Positions 31,520 to 43,514 of a DNA stretch of 64,000 nucleotides are shown in pieces. The stretch lies in contig NZ_JBAVFV010000007.1 in assembly GCF_049684335.1 (NCBI RefSeq), positions 2,968-66,967 of the forward strand, written 5' to 3'. The notes under the pieces are model-generated. The model worked only from the letters and a program-made list of their open reading frames with translations, made no database searches and was not told the DNA's origin. Source of the stretch: Trichococcus sp. Its GTDB lineage: Bacteria; Bacillota; Bacilli; Lactobacillales; Aerococcaceae. Numbering within the stretch: the stretch's first letter is position 1; each line of letters begins with the position of its first letter. The translations under genes and the position numbers were made by a program.

Positions 31520-31535
31520 TGTTTCACGTGAAACA
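31520..31535. promoter_or_regulatory. parS site 1 (ParB/Spo0J binding site)
   Basis: TGTTTCACGTGAAACA matches the Firmicute parS consensus TGTTNCACGTGAAACA at 16 of 16 positions. It sits inside an 18-bp perfect palindrome. Confidence 0.8.
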
Positions 31536-31889
31536 TTTTTCTGGATAATGTTCGTATTCCAGACAGCAGATTTTCTGAGTGCAACCAGTCAACTTTATGT
31601 TTTCGACGTTTAAAGTATAATTTCCTCAATTACAGTATGCGCTCTGGGACAGATAGACTAATTCCAAACTATCCAGTCTTCATTACGCCCATCAACCAGA
31701 TTGGATTATAGTGCTGCATTTTTTCTGGATATTTTTCAAAGCATAACTCTATTTTTGGTGAGTAATTATCCGCAATCGGATTTGGACGCCTTGAAAATAT
31801 ATCTCTCAAAATAGTAACCACTGCCAATCAAAATGTAATTATTATTATAGTTCTCACTTAATTGCAATTCCCTCTACACTATTTTCAAA

Positions 31890-31905
31890 AGTTCCACGTG
31901 GAACT
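31890..31905. promoter_or_regulatory. parS site 2
   Basis: AGTTCCACGTGGAACT, inside the 22-bp perfect palindrome 31887-31908. Confidence 0.65.
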
Positions 31906-31964
31906 TTTTTAATTACCCCCATAAATTTATCCTCAAATCCTGTGTAAGTATATTTCTTTAACGA

Positions 31965-31980
31965 TGTTCCACGTGGAACT
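31965..31980. promoter_or_regulatory. parS site 3
   Basis: TGTTCCACGTGGAACT. Confidence 0.7.
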
Positions 31981-32265
31981 TTTATGTTCGCTCATGTTGT
32001 CTCTTCGATTTGATCCCTTCAGCTGCTATTTTTTTTCAGCATAAACTCGCTTTCTTTCACCACCGATTACTCTAACAACCATTTTTACGGAAAACGATTT
32101 TCATGATTCCTTCCCTTACTATTTCACTAATAATTTGAATAATCTAGTTATACGATGTTCTCCTATTTTTCATGCAATTTACAGAATTTATTTTATTGTT
32201 TGAAAATGAATTTTCATCCTGTCTATCTTTTCTAAGTTTCCTGTTCCTGTAGCAACTCCTGTTCT

Positions 32266-32772
32266 TGTGGATAACTCAAACCATTGTCAACCTTTTTAGT
32301 TATCCACATTATCCGTCGTTCGCCTGTGCACAACTAAATTAAATAGTACGATCTATCCTTGATAGAACAGGATTTTCGCCATAAAATAATTTTGTTGATA
32401 ACTTATTACCCTGATATTATTTATGATCCCTTTGGTGCTGCCGAACACCTGTGGACATCCTGTGTATAAGTCGGAATTAACAAGCGAATCCCTCTATATA
32501 CAACTGAACATTTGTTTGATTAGTGTGTTTATGAAATAATGCCCTTTATTTTGGATGAATTTACTATCATTTTAATGAAAATTGTTGAATCTTGAAATAG
32601 TCACCCTTATATCCAGCTTTTAGTCATTACTGCTCGCTTGCAACTGCATAACAGAAGTCAGTTGATTTTAGCGAGATCTTTCTGTGGATAAAGTTAAAGA
32701 AATAGTTTTCCACATCCTATATTTGAATGTACACTAAGTCTTGGAATCATCGCCATATCCTTTTATGGATAA
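32266..32772. promoter_or_regulatory. DnaA-box cluster outside oriC
   Basis: Perfect TTATCCACA/TGTGGATAA boxes lie at 32266, 32300 and 32683. One-mismatch boxes lie at 32461 (TGTGTATAA), 32706 (TTTTCCACA) and 32764 (TATGGATAA). Two-mismatch boxes lie at 32309 and 32450. Confidence 0.7.
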
Positions 32773-33824
32773 CTAAAAACAAAAATACAATCAGCCTGTC
32801 TGTATACAACCTGCGGATCATTATTTCCAGTGACATTAAATGTTACGATGAAATCATCTCATTAATATAGTATGCAAAAGATAGTCTTTTGCTCTTCCAG
32901 CACCTGACTTAATTTTAATGCATCTCAATTCGTAGAAAAACTATCCCTTGATTCGAATAGGTTCGATTATTCTGAGTGAATCATTCCTTTCATATTTCAC
33001 GAATAACTTTAATTAATCCATCATTTTAATTCAGCACACATATTAGGAATACACAGCCTGAACGGAAGCCTTCAACTGTGAAGCTGATATATTTCGAATA
33101 GTAGCAATCTATTTTTAGATTTAGTCATTATATCTGCGATTACTATAGATTTGCATGTGTATTTTTTGTCAGTCCTAGACCTGATTATTTGAATCTACTA
33201 ATAAGTTCTATGGCTATGAATGCAGAACCGGAACCTTTTTGCGCACTGCTGTTTGATACCTCTGATGCGAATCCTCAGATTCTCTGTAATTTATCATTGA
33301 AATAATCTACATTTTGTAGTGTATCCCTATCTTTTATATGGCCTTAAGATAAAAGGGGGGCTTTCGCTGCTTTATGCTGCCTGATCTCGGATATCTGATT
33401 TTAGATTTGTGTCAAACGAGCTAATTTATTCTTGCTACTTTTTTCAACCACCAAGTCCTCCAGTCATCGTAATTTTTTTGCATGCATCAATCAGAACTAC
33501 TCTAAGTGGAATCTGCTGCTGTCGGTAATATAAAACTGTACTGGAAGAGTATGTATTTGTTTGCCCTGCGGGATATCTGCAGGATGGGGAGATAGGAAAG
33601 ATCTTACTTCTTCTAGATTGTACGCTGTGGACATTCCCCAACAACTCCGTTCTTCCTCCTTTCAGAAATGTTTTACTATCGCCGAAGTATACGCTTTAGC
33701 CAATGGCATTGATCAGCAGATGATGTTTTTTGACATCCAGCATTCCATTGTTAAGAACACTACTCCCAAGGTTGATCCAACAGGAGCGATCTAAATATTT
33801 TTTGCATCAAAAACAGTGCTAAAA

Positions 33825-33840
33825 TGTTCCACGTGGAACA
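33825..33840. promoter_or_regulatory. parS site 4
   Basis: TGTTCCACGTGGAACA at the centre of the 40-bp perfect palindrome 33813-33852. Confidence 0.75.
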
Positions 33841-34081
33841 TTTTAGCACTGTCGATTTTCCTTTGTTCAAATCGCCAAAATTTAAGCTTCTGACAGCATC
33901 TGCATTCTTGCTTGAAGATTTACCCACGACTAAGTTTAATTCGTTCTCCCAGGGGTAAAATAACCCGATCAGAGCATCATAGTACCTAGCCTTATACCAC
34001 AATGAAGAATATCCAGTCGGTGCGCCAGCGCTTATGGAAAGAAAAATTTCCGAATTCCTCTGCTAGCGTGACGAGTAGGGG

Positions 34082-34245
34082 AGGGCATTTAGATAAGGCA
34101 GAATCCTTGGTGTTGAGCTTTCAAATAGGCTGTTCAGTGTACCCGAGACGAGCAATAAATTGGCGGAGATCTTAAGGGGAATGATCCGCTAAGGCTGATG
34201 CATAAAAACAGCCTAGCCTTCTTAGTTTGCCTATTTAGTAATGCC
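34082..34245. ncRNA. Candidate structured RNA (strand and identity unknown)
   Basis: Nested complementary segments are 34082-34088/34239-34245 (7 bp), 34095-34099/34227-34231 (5 bp) and 34125-34133/34206-34214 (9 bp, perfect). An alternative 9-bp hairpin (34187-34196/34208-34216) competes for the same 3' strand. The region is GC-richer than the neighbouring ORF-free DNA. Confidence 0.25.
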
Positions 34246-34433
34246 CGAAGGAGACATGGGAGGAGCCGCTCAGAAAAATACAGCAATAAGTTTGCTTCAC
34301 CTAACCATATGATCGTTCAACAGAAACGGATAAAGCGCATCGAAAAAATTTGTATCCGGAAGAGGTGAAAGGGGCGCGATATCGGGTGCAGTGCGGTGTG
34401 TCTGTTGTCCAGCAGCTCTTTTTGGGTACAAAA

Positions 34434-34459
34434 AAAGGAGCGCTCCTAGAAGCGACTCC
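34434..34459 (-). terminator. rpsR terminator
   Basis: The minus strand reads GGAGTCGC ttctagga GCGCTCC followed by TTTTTTT. Confidence 0.7.
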
Positions 34460-34466
34460 CTTAATA

Positions 34467-34709
34467 TTATTCTGCTAATGTAAATGGCATAAGAGCCATG
34501 ATACGAGAACGTTTGATAGATACAGTCAAAGTTCTTTGATGTTTAGCGCATGTACCTGTTACACGACGAGGTAAAATTTTACCTTTTTCAGATATATAAC
34601 GTTTCAATAAATCAGTCTCTTTGTAATCTACATGATCAATGTGGTTAGCACAGAAATAACAAACTTTCTTACGTTTGCGTCCGCCTCTGCTGTTACGTTG
34701 AAATGCCAT
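34467..34709 (-). CDS. rpsR: 30S ribosomal protein S18
   Basis: [20 protein letters not shown]... from the ATG at 34709 behind GGAAAAGGAGGAA. Confidence 0.95.
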   Translation of the reverse strand: MAFQRNSRGGRKRKKVCYFCANHIDHVDYKETDLLKRYISEKGKILPRRVTGTCAKHQRTLTVSIKRSRIMALMPFTLAE

Positions 34710-34752
34710 GTCAATTCCTCCTTTTCCTAAACTAACCATTCTGTCCTAAAGA

Positions 34753-35304
34753 CTAGAACGGTAAATCATCATCTGAAATGTCAATTGATTCCCCGTTTGA
34801 TGAAAACGGATCAGCAGTTGAGTTAAAATCAGAAAAACCGTTTTGTTTCGGAGAAGAGTATTGATTATTATACTGTCCTTGGTTTTGGTTAGATTCAAAA
34901 GATTTGCTTGATCCGAAGTTTGCACTCGGAGCTGCTTGATTTGAAGAACTTGCGCCAGTCTCTCTCGGTCTTTGTTCGGTAGTTGTTTTCGATTCCAACA
35001 ATGTGAAATTATCTGCAACGACTTCAGTCACGTATACGCGCTGTCCTTGTTGATTATCATAATTCCTTGTTTGGATTCGGCCAGTGATACCGACTAAAGA
35101 GCCTTTACGAGTGAAATTCGCGAAATTCTCTGCAGATTTTCTCCAAATGACACAATTGATGAAGTCAGCTTCTCTTTCTCCTGCTTGGTTAGTAAACTGT
35201 CTGTTTACTGCAAGAGCGAAGGTTCCGACTGCTGTGCCGCTGGATGTATAGCGTAAATCAACATCTTTTGTAAGTCTGCCGACTAAGACAACATTATTAA
35301 TCAT
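34753..35304 (-). CDS. ssb: Single-stranded DNA-binding protein
   Basis: [22 protein letters not shown]-fold N-terminus and the acidic tail DISDDDLPF. Confidence 0.95.
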   Translation of the reverse strand: MINNVVLVGRLTKDVDLRYTSSGTAVGTFALAVNRQFTNQAGEREADFINCVIWRKSAENFANFTRKGSLVGITGRIQTRNYDNQQGQRVYVTEVVADNFTLLESKTTTEQRPRETGASSSNQAAPSANFGSSKSFESNQNQGQYNNQYSSPKQNGFSDFNSTADPFSSNGESIDISDDDLPF

Positions 35305-35324
35305 TCATCTTACTCCTTTCAAAA

Positions 35325-35340
35325 TGTTTCACGTGGAACA
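35325..35340. promoter_or_regulatory. parS site 5, in the rpsF-ssb intergenic spacer
   Basis: TGTTTCACGTGGAACA. Confidence 0.7.
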
Positions 35341-35342
35341 CT

Positions 35343-35636
35343 TTACTTAGTTTCTACTTTAACAACGATGTGGCGAATGATATCGCTATTGATCTTTGCT
35401 AGACGGTCGAATTCGTCGATTGCTTTAGCATCTGAAGCAGAAATTTTCACGATATGGTAGATACCTTCACGAAAATCTTTGATTTCATAAGCTAAACGGC
35501 GTTTCGCCCAGTCTTTTGATTCAATAACTTCAGCGCCATTATCAGTTAAAATAGAATCGAAACGTGCGATCAATTCTGCTTTAGCTTCTTCTTCGATGTT
35601 AGGACGGATAATGTAGTTGATTTCGTAATTGCTCAT
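35343..35636 (-). CDS. rpsF: 30S ribosomal protein S6
   Basis: [17 protein letters not shown]... Confidence 0.95.
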   Translation of the reverse strand: MSNYEINYIIRPNIEEEAKAELIARFDSILTDNGAEVIESKDWAKRRLAYEIKDFREGIYHIVKISASDAKAIDEFDRLAKINSDIIRHIVVKVETK

Positions 35637-35749
35637 TTGACTGTCACCTCCTTGTGGACTTTGGCCCTTACTTATGTAAGAGCAAGGAGAGTACCTTTTC
35701 AGGATTACTCACATCTAAAGATTGTACCATAACCCATTTTTCATGGCAA
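35637..35749 (-). promoter_or_regulatory. rpsF promoter and ~80-nt leader (possible S6:S18 autoregulatory leader)
   Basis: On the minus strand, TTGCCA (35744-35749), 17 nt, TACAAT (35721-35726). The leader function is inferred from the known rpsF-leader family and was not verified. Confidence 0.5.
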
Positions 35750-35771
35750 GCTTTTTTTTCCTCGCATTAAA

Positions 35772-35820
35772 AGGGGCCGAAAAAAAACGGAGGGCCCCGT
35801 CGCTGGACAGTTCCCTCCAT
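35772..35820 (-). terminator. gyrA terminator
   Basis: The minus strand reads GGAGGG...CCCTCC followed by GTTTTTTTT. Confidence 0.7.
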
Positions 35821-35850
35821 TTTTAGGCTATTAGCTTTAGTATATAAGTT

Positions 35851-38478
35851 TTATTCTTCCGAATCTTCCTCATCCAACAGTTCATCTGCGAAATCGCTCA
35901 TTTTATCGGCTATTTCGGAGGTTCCCGCTGTATCTGGTGTATTTGCCTGTTCAGTTGAATCAGCCGCTTCTAGGGCGCTATTTTCGACCTCTGAAAGCAG
36001 GGCTGCATCCAGGGGAGCCACAGCTTCCACATCCTCTTCGCGCTCAACTTTTGCCATTGTCGATACAATGGCTTCACCATCAAGCTTGATCAAGCGTACG
36101 CCGAGAGTAGCACGGCCTGTTTGGGAAATAGCATCCGCGTGGAAACGGATCATGACGCCTTTATCCGTGATGATCATGATGTCTTCATCACCGGAGACAG
36201 TCGTCAAACCTACCAATTTACCGTTTTTCTCAGTAATGTTAGCTGTTTTGACCCCTTTGCCGCCGCGTCCTTTGATAGCATATTCGTCTGCTGCCGTACG
36301 TTTGCCGTAACCATTTTCCGTGATGATCAGAACTTCCGACTCATGTTTCAGCACATCCATGCCGACAACATAGTCATCTCCTCTTAATTTCACACCGCGG
36401 ACACCGGTAGCAGTCCTACCCATATCACGGACGTCCTTTTCATCAAAGCTTACGGAGTAGCCGAAGTGCGTTCCGATAATGATGTTCTGGTTGCCGTCAG
36501 TCAAGGATACTTTAATCAGCTCATCCTCATCCTTCAGGTTGATTGCGCGCAGACCGCTTTGACGGATATTTTGGAATTCAGTAGCAGATGTCCGTTTGAC
36601 GGTACCCATCCGCGTCGTGAAGAACAAGTAATCCCCGTCTTGCGGGCCACCTTTGACGTTGATGATGGCTTGGATTTTTTCGTTGGCATCCAAGTTCAGC
36701 AAGTTGATGATCGGCAAGCCTTTTGCCTGGCGGCCGTATTCAGGCACTTCATAGCCTTTTGTTTTGTATACTTTCCCTTGGTTCGAGAAGTATAGCAACA
36801 CATCGTGCGTCGATGCCGAAATTAGTGTTTCGATGAAATCATCATCATGGATACCCATGCCTTGGACACCGCGTCCGCCGCGTTTTTGGGCTCTGAATTC
36901 GCTGTTCGGCAAACGTTTGATGTAGCCGTTATGAGTCAAAGTCAGGACGATGTCTTCCTCTTCGATCAAGTCTTCATCCTCAAGCGACAATACTTCTCCG
37001 ACCAAAAGTTCCGTGCGGCGTTTGTCGCCGAATTTTTCTTGGATTTCAAGTAATTCCGTATAGATGATGTCAAAGACACGCTGCTCATTCGCTAAAATAT
37101 CAGTCAAATCAGCAATCAAAGTCATCAGCGCATCATATTCCGCTTCAACTTTTTCTCTCTCCAAACCGGTCAAACGTACCAAACGCATATCCAAAATGGC
37201 TTGCGCTTGTTTGTCGGAAAGGCCGTATTTGTCGATGAAGATTTGTTTGGCTGCATCGCCATTGGTTGAACCGCGCAGAATTGCTACAATTTCATCGATA
37301 TGATCCAATGCGATCCGCAAGCCGGCCAAGATATGCGCACGTGCTTCCGCTTTTCGTTTGTCGAATGCGGCTCTTCTGCGGATGACTTCTTCTTGGTGTT
37401 CCAGGTAGTGGACCAAAATCTGCTTGAGTCCCAGCACTTTAGGGATGCCTTTTACGATTGCCAACATATTGAAGCCGAACGAAGATTGGAGCGGCGTCAA
37501 TTTGTACAGATTATTCAGAATGACGCCGGCACTGACATCTTTGCGGACATCAATGACAACACGCATGCCGTCGCGGTCGGACTCATCCGCCAAGTCGGTT
37601 ATGCCTTCGATCCGTTTGTCGCGGGCCAATTCAGCAATCCGTTCGACCAATTTCGCTTTGTTGACCATATAAGGCAATTCGGAAATGATGATGCGTTCTT
37701 TGCCGTTTTTCAGGATTTCGACTTCTACACGTCCGCGGACAATGATGGAGCCTTTGCCCGTTTCATAGGCTTTTCTGATGCCTGATTTGCCCATGACGAT
37801 ACCGCCTGTAGGGAAATCGGGGCCGGGTACGGCCTCCATCAAATCGGCAGTCGTGGCCTCCGGATCATTCATCAGGATGTGCAGGGCGGAAATGACTTCC
37901 GTCAGGTTGTGCGGCGGGATATTTGTCGCCATCCCAACAGCGATACCGGAAGCCCCATTCACCAAGAGGTTAGGGAAGCGGGCTGGCAATACATCAGGCT
38001 CCGTTTCGGAACCGTCATAGTTGTCGTGGTAATCGACTGTATCTTTGTTGAGGTCGCGCAGCATTTCCAAGGCGATTTTTGACATTCGCGCTTCGGTGTA
38101 ACGCATCGCTGCGGCACTGTCTCCATCGATGGAGCCGAAATTTCCGTGTCCATCGACCAGCGGATAACGGTAACTGAAATCCTGGGACATGCGCACCATG
38201 GATTCATAGATGGCACTGTCACCGTGGGGATGGTACTTACCCATTACGTCCCCGACGATACGTGCGGATTTTTTGTGCGCTTTATCGGGTGTAACGCCCA
38301 ATTCACTCATGCCGTAAAGGATACGGCGATGGACCGGCTTGAGCCCGTCACGGACGTCAGGCAAAGCCCTGGCTACGATAACGCTCATGGCATATTCCAG
38401 GAATGAAGTTTCCATTTCATGGCTTAATTCCCTTTGTTCCATGGCTTGATCATTTATTTTTTCAATTTCATCAGACAT
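35851..38478 (-). CDS. gyrA: DNA gyrase subunit A
   Basis: 875 aa with the AMRYTE active-site tyrosine region and [18 protein letters not shown] (QRDR). It carries an acidic C-terminal tail. Confidence 0.97.
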   Translation of the reverse strand: MSDEIEKINDQAMEQRELSHEMETSFLEYAMSVIVARALPDVRDGLKPVHRRILYGMSELGVTPDKAHKKSARIVGDVMGKYHPHGDSAIYESMVRMSQDFSYRYPLVDGHGNFGSIDGDSAAAMRYTEARMSKIALEMLRDLNKDTVDYHDNYDGSETEPDVLPARFPNLLVNGASGIAVGMATNIPPHNLTEVISALHILMNDPEATTADLMEAVPGPDFPTGGIVMGKSGIRKAYETGKGSIIVRGRVEVEILKNGKERIIISELPYMVNKAKLVERIAELARDKRIEGITDLADESDRDGMRVVIDVRKDVSAGVILNNLYKLTPLQSSFGFNMLAIVKGIPKVLGLKQILVHYLEHQEEVIRRRAAFDKRKAEARAHILAGLRIALDHIDEIVAILRGSTNGDAAKQIFIDKYGLSDKQAQAILDMRLVRLTGLEREKVEAEYDALMTLIADLTDILANEQRVFDIIYTELLEIQEKFGDKRRTELLVGEVLSLEDEDLIEEEDIVLTLTHNGYIKRLPNSEFRAQKRGGRGVQGMGIHDDDFIETLISASTHDVLLYFSNQGKVYKTKGYEVPEYGRQAKGLPIINLLNLDANEKIQAIINVKGGPQDGDYLFFTTRMGTVKRTSATEFQNIRQSGLRAINLKDEDELIKVSLTDGNQNIIIGTHFGYSVSFDEKDVRDMGRTATGVRGVKLRGDDYVVGMDVLKHESEVLIITENGYGKRTAADEYAIKGRGGKGVKTANITEKNGKLVGLTTVSGDEDIMIITDKGVMIRFHADAISQTGRATLGVRLIKLDGEAIVSTMAKVEREEDVEAVAPLDAALLSEVENSALEAADSTEQANTPDTAGTSEIADKMSDFADELLDEEDSEE

Positions 38479-38496
38479 TTAATTTCCAACCCCCTT

Positions 38497-41556
<3,060 letters not shown>

Positions 41557-41560
<4 letters not shown>

Positions 41561-41832
41561 GCTTCGGACTCACTGTTGTTTTGCTCAGCCTCATCTTTAT
41601 CCGATTTTGTTGACTGGATGAAGAAAGTGCCTTCACCAGGGATGTCGATCATCGTACCGGGAAACAATTTGCGGCCTCTACGGTCTTCTTTTTCGTTATC
41701 TACGTACACCACGTATTCTGAAAGGAACCATTTGGCCATTCCACCGCTGGAAATCAGATTGACATGTTTCAGTAGTTGACCAAGAGTAATGAACTCTGCA
41801 TCAATATTCACAATATTTTTCAAGAAATTCAC
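41557..41832 (-). CDS. yaaA: S4-domain RNA-binding protein YaaA
   Basis: EFITLGQLLK...GGMAKWFL... is an S4-like fold. The gene holds the conserved position between dnaN and recF. It has an acidic C-terminal extension. Confidence 0.8.
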
Positions 41833-42127
41833 CTATTTTCCAATAAAATAAGCGTGGAAAATAAAACCCACGCAACAACGCTCATTAATATGTTTATTAT
41901 ACTATTTTTTTTGATCAATTTCAAATTTTCGCGAAAAAAAAGGCCCTTATTTCAATTTTTTTCGAAAACAATACAAATTAGCTATATCCAAATGAAAGCG
42001 TCTATAGGCTTATAAATTTAAAATTCGCGTTTTTCGGTCATTTTATCTTTATCTGAATAAATGGAGCAGATGCAGACTTTCTTCCTATGGGAAAAACGGC
42101 TGGTCCGAGCGTTTTCATTTTAGATAA

Positions 42128-42165
42128 GCAAAAAGCAAGGAAACGATCGAATCGTCTCCTTGCTT
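42128..42165 (-). terminator. dnaN terminator
   Basis: The minus strand reads AGCAAGGAGACGA ttcga TCGTTTCCTTGCT followed by TTTTG. Confidence 0.7.
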
Positions 42166-42185
42166 TTTGGATTTTACCAATCGGA

Positions 42186-43337
42186 TCAATAAGTCCTTAC
42201 AGGCGTGATCAATTGGATGAACGAATTATCGTTATCGTCTTCACGATCTGCCGGCACGACTGTGAATGGGCGTACAGCAGAAGTGAAATTGACTTGGACA
42301 TCCTGTTGGCCGAATGTGCGCAGCGCATCCTTCATGTAATCGGGATTGAAGGAAATGATCAGCGGATCGCCACTGGCAGACTCATAGGCTAAGGATTCTT
42401 CCACATTGCCGACTTCAGGGGAGTTTCCTGATAACTCGACTTTGTTTGCGTCAATGGACAATTTGACGACGTTGTTTTTTCCTTCATGCGAAAGCAGGGA
42501 GGCGCGGTCGGTAGCCTGCAGCAGATCATAGGCATTCAGGACGATCTGCGTGCTGGAGCTGGCCGGAATCAATCGGTTTGTATCCGGATAGTAGCCTTCC
42601 AACAAGCGCGAATAGAAATAAACATTTTCGGCTTTGAAAAGGACCTGGTTTTCTGTGATCATCATTTCAATTGTCGCTTGGTTCTCAACAATCCGCGAGA
42701 GTTCCACCAAGCTTTTTCCGGGAATGATGACATTGTAGGTTTTTTCCAGCTGTGATTCCGGAGCCGCGATCGAGATGACGCGCTGGCTCAAACGATGGCT
42801 GTCCGTAGCGACAGCTGTCAATTTCCCATTTTGGATGGTCATGTTCACCCCAGTCAAGATCGGACGGCTTTCTTGTGTCGACGTTGCGATTACTGTATGC
42901 TGGATCACTTGTTTGAACAAAGCGGTCGGCAAGGTGATGACTTCATTCGAATCGATGACCGGGAAATTCGGATAGTTGTTTACATCGATTCCGTTGATGG
43001 TGAAAGATGCTTTTGCAGAAGTGATGTTAGTCTGGAAATGATCTTTGACTTCAATCGTGATTTTTTCATCAGCTAATTTTTTTACGATTTCGCTGAAGAA
43101 ACGAGCCGGCAGGACAATGCCGCCTTGTGTGTGGATTTCGATCTGGTTATTCTCTTCCGACACAGGGATCAGCGTTTCGATGGAAATATCCGAGTCGCTT
43201 CCGCTCAATACGATGCCATTTTCATCAGCACTGATTTTTACCCCTGTCAGAATAGGAATGGTCGTTCTGCTGGAAATAGCTCTTTGTACGTCAGATAAGT
43301 GTTTGATCAAAACCTGACGATTAATGGAAAATTTCAT
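42186..43337 (-). CDS. dnaN: DNA polymerase III beta sliding clamp
   Basis: MKFSINRQVLIKHLSDVQRAISSRTTIPILTGVKI from the ATG at 43337 behind GGAGG. Confidence 0.95.
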   Translation of the reverse strand: MKFSINRQVLIKHLSDVQRAISSRTTIPILTGVKISADENGIVLSGSDSDISIETLIPVSEENNQIEIHTQGGIVLPARFFSEIVKKLADEKITIEVKDHFQTNITSAKASFTINGIDVNNYPNFPVIDSNEVITLPTALFKQVIQHTVIATSTQESRPILTGVNMTIQNGKLTAVATDSHRLSQRVISIAAPESQLEKTYNVIIPGKSLVELSRIVENQATIEMMITENQVLFKAENVYFYSRLLEGYYPDTNRLIPASSSTQIVLNAYDLLQATDRASLLSHEGKNNVVKLSIDANKVELSGNSPEVGNVEESLAYESASGDPLIISFNPDYMKDALRTFGQQDVQVNFTSAVRPFTVVPADREDDNDNSFIQLITPVRTY

Positions 43338-43364
43338 AATAAGGGACCTCCGATGGTTATTCAT

Positions 43365-43514
43365 ATAAATTAAATAATATTAGTAATAGTAGTAGGGCCT
43401 GTTTATACTGTGGATAAGTGAAAGAAGCTGACAATACAAGTAGTTTTCCACTTGTGGATAACGTGTTCGTAAATGCAGTCTTACTTATTGGCTTATCCAC
43501 AATGCGCGAGAGCA
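43365..43514. promoter_or_regulatory. oriC, dnaA-dnaN half: AT-rich tract, TAG/TAA trinucleotide repeats, DnaA boxes
   Basis: Perfect DnaA boxes lie at 43409, 43453 and 43493. TAGTAATAGTAGTAG (43381-43395) and a GGGCC spacer sit next to them. An AT-rich stretch (43365-43380) lies next to dnaN. Confidence 0.8.

Noticed and set aside
33444-34002. Three short ORFs (66, 77 and 80 aa) inside the ORF-free island
   Set aside because: None has a Shine-Dalgarno sequence, and they overlap one another on both strands. One reads straight through the 40-bp parS palindrome (…STWN…). Their composition does not look protein-like. They are treated as chance ORFs, although a blastx check is advisable.
34061-34110. 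GTGACGAGTAGGGGAGGG, which resembles the glmS ribozyme core (GACGAGGATGGAGG)
   Set aside because: The similarity is limited to about 12 nt. No P1/P2 pseudoknot partners could be identified and no glmS gene lies downstream.
34293-34305. GGTTAGGTGAAGC on the minus strand, which resembles the M-box (ykoK) GTTAGGTGAGGC hallmark
   Set aside because: The downstream sequence does not follow the M-box consensus, and no Mg transporter gene, or any gene at all, follows.
31405-34466. Possibility of a CRISPR array or tandem repeat array in the ORF-free island
   Set aside because: There is no regularly spaced direct repeat of 25-40 bp. The only recurring elements are the parS palindromes, DnaA-box 9-mers and a few loosely similar T-rich stretches.
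41853-41875. Hairpin GCGTGGGTTTTATTTTCCACGC upstream of yaaA
   Set aside because: It could be an attenuator or a weak terminator after dnaN read-through. The stem is short (6 bp) and no supporting motif is present, so it is not called.
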